From Massalongia carnosa (lineage: Eukaryota), in contig OZ287070.1 in NCBI GenBank assembly GCA_965645245.1, positions 248,001 to 312,000 on the forward strand: 64,000 nt of DNA. The letters are read 5' to 3'. The notes under the pieces are model-generated. The model made no database searches, was not told the origin of the DNA, and worked only from the letters and a program-made list of their open reading frames with translations. Position numbers and translations under genes: made by a program. Shown here piece by piece: positions 63,313-64,000 of the stretch; position 1 is the first letter of the stretch, and each line of letters opens with the position of its first letter.

Positions 63313-64000
63313 GAGAGCGAAGCCACTCCCTTCTCTCAAGCGGGCGGTTCCTGAGGAAGAGCTTAACCTCTGTACCCTTCTTGCCCCCCCCCCCCAAATC
63401 CTCCCCCCCGGGTTGGCCAAGTGGGCTGGTAGCACGATACCTAGGTATTACTGTTCATTCGTGGCCACTCAGCAGAAGTTGCATGTTGATGCATTTGTTC
63501 ACGTATTCATCGACCCTTAACTATCATCAAACCTGTCCCTACATCAACCAAGTCTCACACAATGTACCTAACAAAGCTCGATGACTCTGACGCCTTGCCT
63601 AAAACCCTCCCCCCCCGGATTTATAAAAAGAAGTCAGTTCTCCCTTTATCAAGTATATGTATCTATCCTCCTGTTCTCGTCTAGGTACTCAAAACCTCCA
63701 CTTAAACCGAGACTCTGTCACGCCATCGTTTGAAATTCCTATCGTAGAGTGGTCCAATCTGGTCCCACAGCAACATTTCCCGATAATCGGTGTAACAACA
63801 ACAACAATCCCTCGTGATAACGACTACGATTATATAATAAATCCCGGTTCCGGAGAACGTGAAATGCTCTCGAAGAGGGCTCTCCTTTCAACAGGTTGTG
63901 GAGCTTCGGGAACAGTCCTCCCCTGCCCTGCTCTGGATCCCAAAAAAAAAAAAAGTTCCGGCACCCAGAGGAACTGAATTCGAGCAAATAAACAGCAAGC

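Overview
Eukaryotic DNA from a filamentous ascomycete (Pezizomycotina-type genes with short GT-AG introns). The window has two parts. About 1-31 kb is a nested transposon graveyard and accessory island. It holds a decayed Tc1/mariner hit by three solo LTRs, a near-intact Ty3/gypsy chromovirus (LTRs 390/391 identical, TTACT TSD, candidate self-priming PBS), and a Tad1-type LINE carrying an apparently intact two-ORF PIF/Harbinger-superfamily element with an AAT TSD (Pangu/AWT type). It also holds a second truncated LINE, a Ulp1-protease pseudogene, an intact lipase(SesB-like)-NB-ARC-TPR NLR and an OTT_1508-like deaminase pseudogene. About 31-64 kb is mostly ordinary genes: GH16, FAD monooxygenase with a divergent MFS transporter, Y14/RBM8, BuGZ/ZNF207, chromate transporter, malic enzyme, Clr5-domain protein, Ted1-like phosphoesterase and RPL23. 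A pogo/Fot1 element sits in the BuGZ promoter. Two secreted proteins (31.5 kb and 62.4 kb) show a hydrophobin-type C-CC-C-C-CC-C pattern only after manual splicing and share intron positions. All calls come from reading motifs by eye; no database searches were run.
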